From Candidatus Enterousia sp. (GTDB taxonomy: Bacteria > Pseudomonadota > Alphaproteobacteria > Rs-D84): DNA of 64,000 nucleotides. A program made the position numbers and the translations under genes. The stretch is taken from contig JAZSDC010000004.1 in the NCBI GenBank assembly GCA_045530935.1, forward strand, positions 3,212 to 67,211, written 5' to 3'. A model generated the notes under the pieces. It ran no database searches. It was not told where the DNA came from and saw nothing but the letters and a program-made list of their open reading frames with translations. Of the stretch, positions 54,030-62,037 are shown piece after piece (within the stretch, counting starts at the first letter, position 1; each line of letters starts with the position of its first letter).

Positions 54030-56510
54030 ATGGCAAAAAATGTTAAAATGCAGAAAAGAGAGAATAACGTGAAGCGTGTTTTAAAAGATTTTTGCAAAAT
54101 TTTTCCCGTCTTTACAATGTGTTGTGCTGGGGTGATGGCGCATGCTGAACAGGCGCCAAATCCGCGCAGTGCGACGGCGATGAATTCTGTCGGGGCGGTT
54201 GGGCGTACAGCTGGGGCGGTTGTTCGTGGCAATGGGGATAAAACACAGGTCGTTTCGGGTGCTACGCGCAGTGCGGTTCTGCGCCCAGGTGCGATTGTTG
54301 CGCGTTCTGGTCAGACATCTAAGAAAAGGGTTGCGCGCAATACGACGAATGGTCGTGTTATGGTTCCGCGCAATGCGGCATCTGTGTCGCGTTCTGCGTT
54401 GCCTGCGTCACGTACAATAGGTGCGCGCAGTGCGACAAATGTTGCGGATGGTATGGCGCGTGCGGCGTCACGTGCGCGTGCCACGGCGGTATTCAAAGAT
54501 GTATCAAAAATTGGTGGCGGGTATTTAGAATGTCGTGATGCGTATGCAACATGTATGGATCAATTCTGTGCAAACGCCAATGATACATATCGTCGTTGTT
54601 ATTGCAGTTCGCGTTATTCGGAACTGCGGGATAAGGAAAAAGCATTAGATGAAGCGACTGCAATGTTGCAAGGGTTTGAATCTGGGTATTTGAATGCAGT
54701 CGATAAAACTGCAGCCGAGGTTGAAGCAATGTATTCCGCAACCGTTGGTGAAAAGGCGGTAAAGGAAGATGTTAGTGCGGCGGGTGCTCTGTTGAGCGAG
54801 ATTGATTTGTTGCTGGCAGGCGAAACGTCCGGTGGTGATGATTTATTTGGTGACACCGAAGATTTGTGGAGTGATGCATCCAAAGCAGATTCTATGTTTG
54901 ATGAAGGTTCTAGGGAGGTTAACTTAACCGAACTGGAAGGAACGCAATTATATAATGCGGTAAATTCACAATGTGTTGAAATCGTTGCCAATGCCTGTTC
55001 AACGCCGGCTGTTTTGGCGATGGCGACCAGTGCATATAACATTATGATTACCCAAGATTGTAATATTTATGAAAAGAAAGTTAATGCGAAAAATGAAACG
55101 GTGAAAAACGGCACGCGTATTGCAGAAAAGGCATTGCGTGAAGCGCGTTTGGAAGAATATCGTACCCATAATTCCCAGGATGTTAATGAATGTTTGACCA
55201 AGGTGCACAAGGCAATGTCTTCGGATTTGGTGTGCGGTGTTAGTTATTCGCGTTGTTTGGATGCGGGTACCGGTGTATATATTAATCAATTAACAGGTGA
55301 ACCAATATTAACACCACGTTTCTTTCAGTTGAAAGATATGATTACACTGAAAGGTGTAGATTCGGCCAGTTGGACACGCGAAGACGTCTTGAAACAGAAC
55401 AAACAGTTTGATGAATTCTTGGACAGCAAGAAGATTCATGCCGCCCAGGCATTGGACACATGTCGTGATTTGGCGGATGAGGTATGGGCAGAATTCAAAC
55501 GCAATGCATTAATCGAAATTGCCCAGGCCCAGGATGCCAAGATAGAAGAAGTAAAAATGTCGTGTGTCAACACGGTTGCAGAATGTTATGACACCCAATC
55601 AAACAGCCTAAAGAATTTTGATAAAACAACGTCCAAGGTTGCGGGGGCATTGTCTGTGTATGCGGCGCGCGAAATGTGTGCGGACAAGGTTAATGCATGT
55701 GCATCGGTGTATGGTGGAACAGAAGATTGCAAATTTGATAATAACGGTCGGTTGGAAACAGGTAATGCCAATAATCAAACACGTTGTGGTTTGACGGCGT
55801 TGTTGGATTTTGTTGATACGGTTGATATGACGCGTGTCGCTGAAAGTTGCCAAGATGCAATCGATTCGTATGTCAAAGATTTGTGCACGCCGAAAAATGG
55901 TGACCATGAATATCCGTGGAATTGTCGTACATATGAATTTACAACTGAATTAAACGGTTTTGGTATAAACAGTGCTACGGGTACGGATTTGGGCAAATTG
56001 TTGGCACGGTTTGCGATTGACAACTGTTTTGATCCGACGGTTAGTGTGGATCAGCGTTCGTCTTATTCGAATTTGCCATCGCGTACCCAGGCGGCGGTTC
56101 AGAAGAAGATTGAAGATGTGAAAGAAGATTTAGATCTGATGCTGAATATGGAATGCGAAGGTTTGAATGGATATTGGGCCAAGGCAGGAACACGCAGTTT
56201 CGTGCGTACAGATGGCAAAGAATTACTGGCATTCTATAACAATGTTTATGGTGGTAACGATGGTGGTACAGATTTTGGTATATGTTATGAAAATACCACA
56301 CGTACACGTTGTTTGGCATATAATACCGACAGTGCCAAAGAAGAAGACAGCGAAGTTCAACAAATGGCGACATATAATGCGCAATTGGATACATGTGAAT
56401 TTACATTGGAATGGTATCAGCAACAATGCAGCATGTTGGGCGAAGGGTTCTTTGAAAATGGTGTATGTTATATAAAACAGAACTTTAAAGAACCAGGTCA
56501 GGAAGAATAA
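54030..56510 (+). CDS. Large secreted Cys-rich protein, paralog of 11406-14282
   Basis: Signal-like KRVLKDFCKIFPVFTMCCAGVMAHA (the true start may be 54048 or GTG 54069), a basic R/S/A-rich tract, then CRDAYATCMDQFCANANDTYRRCYCSSRY... collinear with the 958-aa protein. Confidence 0.8.
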   Translation: MAKNVKMQKRENNVKRVLKDFCKIFPVFTMCCAGVMAHAEQAPNPRSATAMNSVGAVGRTAGAVVRGNGDKTQVVSGATRSAVLRPGAIVARSGQTSKKRVARNTTNGRVMVPRNAASVSRSALPASRTIGARSATNVADGMARAASRARATAVFKDVSKIGGGYLECRDAYATCMDQFCANANDTYRRCYCSSRYSELRDKEKALDEATAMLQGFESGYLNAVDKTAAEVEAMYSATVGEKAVKEDVSAAGALLSEIDLLLAGETSGGDDLFGDTEDLWSDASKADSMFDEGSREVNLTELEGTQLYNAVNSQCVEIVANACSTPAVLAMATSAYNIMITQDCNIYEKKVNAKNETVKNGTRIAEKALREARLEEYRTHNSQDVNECLTKVHKAMSSDLVCGVSYSRCLDAGTGVYINQLTGEPILTPRFFQLKDMITLKGVDSASWTREDVLKQNKQFDEFLDSKKIHAAQALDTCRDLADEVWAEFKRNALIEIAQAQDAKIEEVKMSCVNTVAECYDTQSNSLKNFDKTTSKVAGALSVYAAREMCADKVNACASVYGGTEDCKFDNNGRLETGNANNQTRCGLTALLDFVDTVDMTRVAESCQDAIDSYVKDLCTPKNGDHEYPWNCRTYEFTTELNGFGINSATGTDLGKLLARFAIDNCFDPTVSVDQRSSYSNLPSRTQAAVQKKIEDVKEDLDLMLNMECEGLNGYWAKAGTRSFVRTDGKELLAFYNNVYGGNDGGTDFGICYENTTRTRCLAYNTDSAKEEDSEVQQMATYNAQLDTCEFTLEWYQQQCSMLGEGFFENGVCYIKQNFKEPGQEE

Positions 56511-56526
56511 TATTCGTTCAGGGGGA

Positions 56527-57981
56527 ATGAAAATGAAGTTTTTACCACGGATTTTATCGGTAATTGTATCTGTTGTGTTGTGCGCCCAGACCGCGTCGGC
56601 GATGGATCATGAAGCCTGGCTGCCAAGTGGAGTTAAGAAGGCATGGGGGGCAAGTAGTCTGTCAAGGCTGAAAAGTGGCAAAGGATCAATTGGGGATTTT
56701 GTTCAAGATGGGTCGATTGGCGCAGGTAAAACCGTTGGCTTTTATGAAGATGAATATGGTATTGGTGCAGTTATTGCCGTAGAAGTTACCGAGCATGGTG
56801 GTAAGTTTTGTCCCAGATCACTTCATTGTAATAACAGTAAATGTAAACATTGGAGTAATCTGTATGTGCATTATTCAGAAAATCATATAAATATAGACCC
56901 CACCAGTTGTGTGTGGCTGTGCGAGCCTGGATATTCAGGTGCGGGATGTAAAGATGTTGTTACGCTGAATGCGGATGATACGGTTTTAGATCCCAAAGCA
57001 GGAGGTGTGTTTTCAAATATAGCAGTTATTCAGGACCGAGATCAGTATTATAATAGGTTGTCGACCCCTGTGTTTGGTTTTTGGCAGGAGGATAAGGCGG
57101 GGAGCGATGATGATTGGGATGACTTAGACGTTGCGGTTGTTTTAGGGGCGGTAAAATTCTTGGAACATGGTGTTTTGGCGGCACCTGTTCGTTTGGAGTG
57201 TTATCAGGAGTGTTGGTCATATATTAAAGAAGCGTATGTGCCGGATGGTGTAAAGACAAAATTGCTGTGTGCTGCGGGGTATACATCAAATTCAGACAAG
57301 ACAGATTGTATTCCGTTGACCCCAGATCTGATTGAAAAAGATGCATTTCTAAGACAGAATGCCGGCAAGAAGTTCTGTTCCGGATGGGATGAAGCGCAAT
57401 TTAGTATGGAAATACATGAATTAATATTAGATGAAGGGGCAGACTGTGTCAAATTCTTGTGCAAGGACAGACTGAAAGCCTTTCCTGCCAAGGGCAGTTT
57501 TGCGTGTGATGATTGTTCGTCTAGTATTCGTGGCGGACAAAGCGCAAAAACAGGATTGTGCATACAATGTGATCGCGCCGGGCAATATTTCGATACAGAT
57601 GCAGATGAATGTGCATTGGCGGATGCGTTTACGGTAACTGATTTGAAATATGGACGCAGTAAAACGGAAAATGATATGAAAAAGTTATCAGAACAGTGTT
57701 GGACCAAGGTTGTTCCATCAGAATACATCAGTTGTGTAACAGGTGGCCAAGACAGTGGTGGGGTGGGCGAGATAGTAACAATTGAGGTAGTACCAATTGA
57801 TGATAATCAGGGCCCCATAATAATTCCTGTGGGTCCAGGGGGCGGTAATGGTGGTAATTCAGGTGGCAGTTCAGGCGGCAGTTCAGGTGGCAGCGGCAGC
57901 GGCGGCGGTGGCGGCGGTGGCGGCGGTGGTAAGCCGTTAAATTTAAAAACAGTAGATGATGCAAATCTGCAAGTTATCTAG
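56527..57981 (+). CDS. Secreted Cys-rich protein with EGF-like motif and a poly-Gly/Ser tract before its C-terminus
   Basis: AGGGGGA RBS and signal MKMKFLPRILSVIVSVVLCAQTASA. CVWLCEPGYSGAGC is EGF-like. The C-terminus is GPGGGNGGNSGGSSGGSSGGSGSGGGGGGGGGGKPLNLKTVDDANLQVI. Confidence 0.7.
   Translation: MKMKFLPRILSVIVSVVLCAQTASAMDHEAWLPSGVKKAWGASSLSRLKSGKGSIGDFVQDGSIGAGKTVGFYEDEYGIGAVIAVEVTEHGGKFCPRSLHCNNSKCKHWSNLYVHYSENHINIDPTSCVWLCEPGYSGAGCKDVVTLNADDTVLDPKAGGVFSNIAVIQDRDQYYNRLSTPVFGFWQEDKAGSDDDWDDLDVAVVLGAVKFLEHGVLAAPVRLECYQECWSYIKEAYVPDGVKTKLLCAAGYTSNSDKTDCIPLTPDLIEKDAFLRQNAGKKFCSGWDEAQFSMEIHELILDEGADCVKFLCKDRLKAFPAKGSFACDDCSSSIRGGQSAKTGLCIQCDRAGQYFDTDADECALADAFTVTDLKYGRSKTENDMKKLSEQCWTKVVPSEYISCVTGGQDSGGVGEIVTIEVVPIDDNQGPIIIPVGPGGGNGGNSGGSSGGSSGGSGSGGGGGGGGGGKPLNLKTVDDANLQVI
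57841..57930. repeat. GGN trinucleotide-rich tract encoding poly-Gly/Ser
   Basis: GGCAGTTCAGG x2 and GGCGGCGGT x3 units. Confidence 0.85.
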
Positions 57982-58004
57982 GAAAAATAAACGTTTTATC
58001 TTTT

Positions 58005-58031
58005 AAAAAATCCCCCGTTTGGGGGATTTTT
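58005..58031. terminator. Bidirectional rho-independent terminator
   Basis: A6-TCCCCC-GTTT-GGGGGA-T5, between convergent genes. Confidence 0.7.
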
Positions 58032-58049
58032 GCAGTGATAAACACATTA

Positions 58050-58469
58050 TTAATCCAAACCATTCAGCGTGCGTAACATTTTCATTATCATTTCACGCTG
58101 GGAATCACTGGATAATTTCCAATACAGATTTATTATCTGTAATGATTCGTTTTTGGATAATGGGTCGATTGGACCGCCATCACGTACCCGGTTCTTGGGT
58201 AAATGACCATTGCGTGGTTCGCGTTCAATAAAGCCAGGTAGTCCCGCAAAAAAGAATGATACAGGTGTCTCAAGGGCCGCGCTTAGCGTGAATAAACGCG
58301 ATGCAGATATGCGATTGCCCGCAGATTCATATTTCTGTATTTGTTGAAATGTTACACCACACAGTTTGGCCAAATCTTTTTGGGACATGCCCATCATAAT
58401 GCGACGCAGTTGCATGCGTTGGCCAATGTGTTCGTCAATTGAGTTTGGTACAGTTGGTTTCGATTTCAT
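58050..58469 (-). CDS. XRE-family helix-turn-helix transcriptional regulator
   Basis: IGQRMQLRRIMMGMSQKDLAKLCGVTFQQIQKYESAGNRISASRLFTLSAAL is a classic HTH_3 pattern. Confidence 0.85.
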   Translation of the reverse strand: MKSKPTVPNSIDEHIGQRMQLRRIMMGMSQKDLAKLCGVTFQQIQKYESAGNRISASRLFTLSAALETPVSFFFAGLPGFIEREPRNGHLPKNRVRDGGPIDPLSKNESLQIINLYWKLSSDSQREMIMKMLRTLNGLD

Positions 58470-58582
58470 GACTTTTTTCTCCGCAATTATACGTGATGTA
58501 TTATATACAATTTTTCTTTTGCTTTTGCAATTAAAAAACAGTTATGATAACCTGGACAGCGGTTTTAATCACAAGGGGAAAT

Positions 58583-60058
58583 ATGATGAAAAAAACATTA
58601 GTGTTATGTATCATGGATGGGGTCGGAATTAACCCAGATTCTGATTTTAATGCAGTGGCACAGGCAAATATGCCATATTGGGACGAATTGTTGCGTAAGT
58701 ATCCGCATGCAAAACTGGATGCCAGTGGTGTTGCCGTCGGATTGCCAGATGGAACAATGGGAAATTCCGAAGTCGGACATATAACAATCGGTGCAGGACG
58801 CGTGGTGAATCAATTCTTGCGACGCTTTCAAATCGAAGACTGGGATAAAAACCCGGCCTTGAACCAGTTTATCCAATCTGTGAAAAATGATGGGGGAATT
58901 GTGCATGTCGCTGGATTAATGAGCGATGGGCGCGTTCATGCAGATGTTAATGATATCTTGACCATTGTTGAACGAATTGTTAATTCTGGGCTGCGTGTGT
59001 GCATTCACTTTATCGCAGATGGGCGTGATACCCTGCCCCAGTCGGCGCCAGAATATATTGCGCTGATAAAAAATAGATTGGCGGATGCGTTTAATGATGG
59101 ACGTGTGTTCTGGGGAACATTGTCAGGACGATACTATGCCATGGACAGAAATCAAAATATGGACAGAACATTGCGCGCAATCAATGCAATCGCAAATGCA
59201 CAGTCTGATGTGCGTGCACCAACAATCGATGCGGCACTGGCGGATGCGTACGCGCGGGGCGAGACAGATGAATTTATCTTGCCAACTGTAATTGATGGAG
59301 GTGTGGCAATACACAAAAATGATGGATTCTTGTTCGGAAATTATCGCAGTGATCGCGCCAGACAAATTATGCGCGAAATCTTGAAAACAGATGCGCATGT
59401 GTTGTGCTTTTCGCAATATGGCGAAGGATTAAATGAACTGTGCCCTGCACTGTTGCCGGATGAAAGTATCGAAAATACGTTGGGGGATGTTCTGGCGGAA
59501 CATGGACTGTCGCAATTGCGTATCGCAGAAACAGAAAAATATAATCATGTAACTTATTTTATGGACGCAGAACGTAATGTCGATTTCAAAAATGAAAAAA
59601 AGATTCTGATACCGTCGCCCGATGTCGCAACGTTCGATTTAAAGCCTGAAATGTCCGCAGTGGAAATTACAGACGCGTTGTTGCCTGTGCTGGGGGATTA
59701 TGACGTGGTTATCTTGAATTGGGCAAATGGCGATATGGTCGGACATACAGGAAATATGCCAGCCGCAATCCAGGCAATGGAAACACTGGACGCGCAATTG
59801 GCGCGATTGGTGCCGGCTGTGTTAAAGCTGGGCGGAACAATGTTGATTACTGCCGACCATGGTAATGCAGAAAAAATGTGGGATGCAGAAAATAATTTGC
59901 CATGGACCGCACATACAACAAACCCTGTTAATATTATCATTGTTGCAGAAAATGCCCCACAAATACATGATGGGGGATTGGCGGATATCGCGCCAACAAT
60001 GCTGAAATTGTTGGGGATTAATCAACCAAAAGAAATGACAGGAAAGTCTTTGATATAA
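58583..60058 (+). CDS. gpmI: 2,3-bisphosphoglycerate-independent phosphoglycerate mutase
   Basis: LCIMDGVG, MGNSEVGHITIGAGR, ADGRD, ETEKYNHVTYF, GDMVGHTG, ITADHGNAE. ATG at 58583 with an AAGGGGA RBS. Confidence 0.95.
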   Translation: MMKKTLVLCIMDGVGINPDSDFNAVAQANMPYWDELLRKYPHAKLDASGVAVGLPDGTMGNSEVGHITIGAGRVVNQFLRRFQIEDWDKNPALNQFIQSVKNDGGIVHVAGLMSDGRVHADVNDILTIVERIVNSGLRVCIHFIADGRDTLPQSAPEYIALIKNRLADAFNDGRVFWGTLSGRYYAMDRNQNMDRTLRAINAIANAQSDVRAPTIDAALADAYARGETDEFILPTVIDGGVAIHKNDGFLFGNYRSDRARQIMREILKTDAHVLCFSQYGEGLNELCPALLPDESIENTLGDVLAEHGLSQLRIAETEKYNHVTYFMDAERNVDFKNEKKILIPSPDVATFDLKPEMSAVEITDALLPVLGDYDVVILNWANGDMVGHTGNMPAAIQAMETLDAQLARLVPAVLKLGGTMLITADHGNAEKMWDAENNLPWTAHTTNPVNIIIVAENAPQIHDGGLADIAPTMLKLLGINQPKEMTGKSLI

Positions 60059-60095
60059 TTTCAGCGCCAATTGGCGCTGAAAATTTTTATTTTTT
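60059..60095 (+). terminator. Rho-independent terminator after gpmI
   Basis: TCAGCGCC-AATT-GGCGCTGA, then AAA, T5, A, T6. Overlaps the tadA 3' end. Confidence 0.55.
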
Positions 60096-60560
60096 GCGAC
60101 GTAATGCAAAAAAATCACGCAACATTTGTGCAGATGTGTCCGCAAATTCTGGGGTATGGTGTACGTGTGGCTTCCACAGGTGGGGGTCTGTTTCATATAT
60201 GCGGGCGTTTGATGTTATGCCACCGCCCTTGACATCGGTTGCTGCGAAATAAATGTTATTAATACGCGCGAATGATATTGCCGTTGCACACATTGCGCAT
60301 GGTTCCAAGGTTACATAAATATCACAGCCGTCTAAAAATTTTGTGCCCAGTTTTTTGCATGCGCGATTAATCGCAACAATTTCTGCGTGCAAGGTTGGGT
60401 TCTTTTTCAATTGCACCTGGTTTTCGCCATGCGCAATAACCACACCGTCACGAACAATTACGGCACCAATTGGTACATCGTCGTGTGCAAATGCGCGCCG
60501 GGCGCAAGTAAGGGCTTGATTCATAAATTTCATATTGTATACTTTATCGTATGGATTCAA
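60087..60560 (-). CDS. tadA: tRNA adenosine(34) deaminase TadA
   Basis: CDA zinc motifs HAEIVAI and TLEPCAMCATAI. Size is 157 aa. Confidence 0.92.
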   Translation of the reverse strand: MNPYDKVYNMKFMNQALTCARRAFAHDDVPIGAVIVRDGVVIAHGENQVQLKKNPTLHAEIVAINRACKKLGTKFLDGCDIYVTLEPCAMCATAISFARINNIYFAATDVKGGGITSNARIYETDPHLWKPHVHHTPEFADTSAQMLRDFFALRRKK

Positions 60561-61111
60561 AATTGCAAATTATTTCCGGAAATTATCGTGGGCGTAAATT
60601 GCGCCTGCCACCCAATGCACGTCCAACACAAAATCGTGCGCGGATTGCGTTGTTTAATATGATGGAATCAGGGATTGTTGATTTTGATAACCTGCAAAAT
60701 GTATGGGATGCGTTTGGTGGCAGTGGTGCGTTTGGAATTGAATGCCTGTCGCGATATGCGGGGGCGAATGTTACCTTTACAGATGTTGCGCCGTCGTCGT
60801 TGAAAACGATGCGTGATAATTTGGCGACCCTGGGGGTTGGCGCGCGGGCCAGTGTTATTCAGGCCGATGCGATTTCGGCTGCACAAAAATATGCACCCAT
60901 GGCAGATTTAATCTTTATAGACGCGCCGTACGATATGCATGAACTGGGTGCAGCGCTGGTTAAAAAGATTGGCGCATTGGCAAAAAGTGGCGCGATTGTA
61001 ATCTGGGAACAAGAATCAATAAATCCATATCAGCCTGATGAATCCAAATGGCAAATTTTACGTGATAAAACGTATGGGCGCGCCAGATTTTTAATTATGA
61101 TGAAAATTTAA
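60551..61111 (+). CDS. rsmD: 16S rRNA (guanine966-N2)-methyltransferase RsmD
   Basis: LQIISGNYRGRKL..P......RPT.NRARIALFNM, DAFGGSGAFGIE, IFIDAPY. Confidence 0.88.
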   Translation: MDSKLQIISGNYRGRKLRLPPNARPTQNRARIALFNMMESGIVDFDNLQNVWDAFGGSGAFGIECLSRYAGANVTFTDVAPSSLKTMRDNLATLGVGARASVIQADAISAAQKYAPMADLIFIDAPYDMHELGAALVKKIGALAKSGAIVIWEQESINPYQPDESKWQILRDKTYGRARFLIMMKI

Positions 61112-61131
61112 TTGTTTTTGATTATTTTTAC

Positions 61132-61160
61132 TTGATTTTTCGTGTTTTTTAGGTCATAAT
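61132..61160 (+). promoter_or_regulatory. Sigma70-type promoter for rplY, followed by a leader hairpin (61169-61190)
   Basis: TTGATT (61132-37) - 17 nt - CATAAT (61155-60). Leader stem is CACAGC...GCTGTG. Confidence 0.4.
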
Positions 61161-61224
61161 GCGCGTCGCACAGCACCCTTGGAGGCTGTGTATAGTTAAA
61201 CAAAACCATTAAAAAGGATAAAAA

Positions 61225-61845
61225 ATGGCAATTGAATTAAACGCAGAAATTCGCAATGTTGCTGGCAAGGGGGCCGCGCGTTGCATCCGCAATAACAAAA
61301 ATATCCCTGCTGTTATTTATGGGGAAAAGAAAGCCCCAGTCGCGATTGAATTAAACGGTCGTGAATTTGATATGTTGTTGAAAACACCAGGTTTGCGGAC
61401 AAAATTGTTCCAAATTAAAACATCCGCAGGTACAGAAGATGCAATGTTGATGGATATTCAGTATCACCCAGTAAGTGATGCCGTTATTCACGCAGACTTT
61501 AAACGTATCGACGTTAAAAAGCCTGTCAGCGTTGTTGTACCGGTAGAAGTTGTTAACGCAGAAATTTCCAAGGGACTGAAATTGGGCGGTACATTGAACT
61601 TTGCGGTGCGCAAAGTTGCATTGCGCGGTCTGGTTGAAGTTATCCCAGAAAAAATCATTATTGATTTGGCGAACTTGACAATCGGTGACGTGGTTCACGG
61701 AACTGACCTGGTATTGCCAGCAGGTGTTGAATTGGGTCTGCATCAGGCTGAATTGGCATTTGCGACAATCGGTGGTAAAATGCCAATGGAAGAAGATGAA
61801 AAAGCAAAAGCGGCGGCAATGGCTGCGGCAGCTGCTAAGAAATAA
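61225..61845 (+). CDS. rplY: 50S ribosomal protein L25/general stress protein Ctc
   Basis: GKGAARCIRNNKNIPAVIYG, VIHADFKRI, and a two-domain Ctc-type length (206 aa) with an A/K-rich tail. Confidence 0.93.
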   Translation: MAIELNAEIRNVAGKGAARCIRNNKNIPAVIYGEKKAPVAIELNGREFDMLLKTPGLRTKLFQIKTSAGTEDAMLMDIQYHPVSDAVIHADFKRIDVKKPVSVVVPVEVVNAEISKGLKLGGTLNFAVRKVALRGLVEVIPEKIIIDLANLTIGDVVHGTDLVLPAGVELGLHQAELAFATIGGKMPMEEDEKAKAAAMAAAAAKK

Positions 61846-61865
61846 TTCTGTAGAAATATTCGTCA

Positions 61866-61893
61866 ATCCCCCAAAAAATGGGGGATTTTTTTT
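61866..61893 (+). terminator. Rho-independent terminator after rplY
   Basis: ATCCCCC-AAAAAAT-GGGGGAT, then T7. Confidence 0.75.
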
Positions 61894-62037
61894 GTTAAAA
61901 ATTTGTAATATGATCTGTCTGCGATTATGAAAAAAACTGTCAAATATAAAATTATATTAATTGTGGGTATTTTTTACTTGTGCAAATTCTCTGTATTTTC
62001 TATGATTAAGACAAAAGAGAAAAAGAAAGTGGGAAGA

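Noticed and set aside
58470-58582. Short palindrome ATAC-N5-GTAT upstream of the XRE regulator as its operator
   Set aside because: The arms are only 4 bp in an AT-rich region, so the match is not distinguishable from chance.
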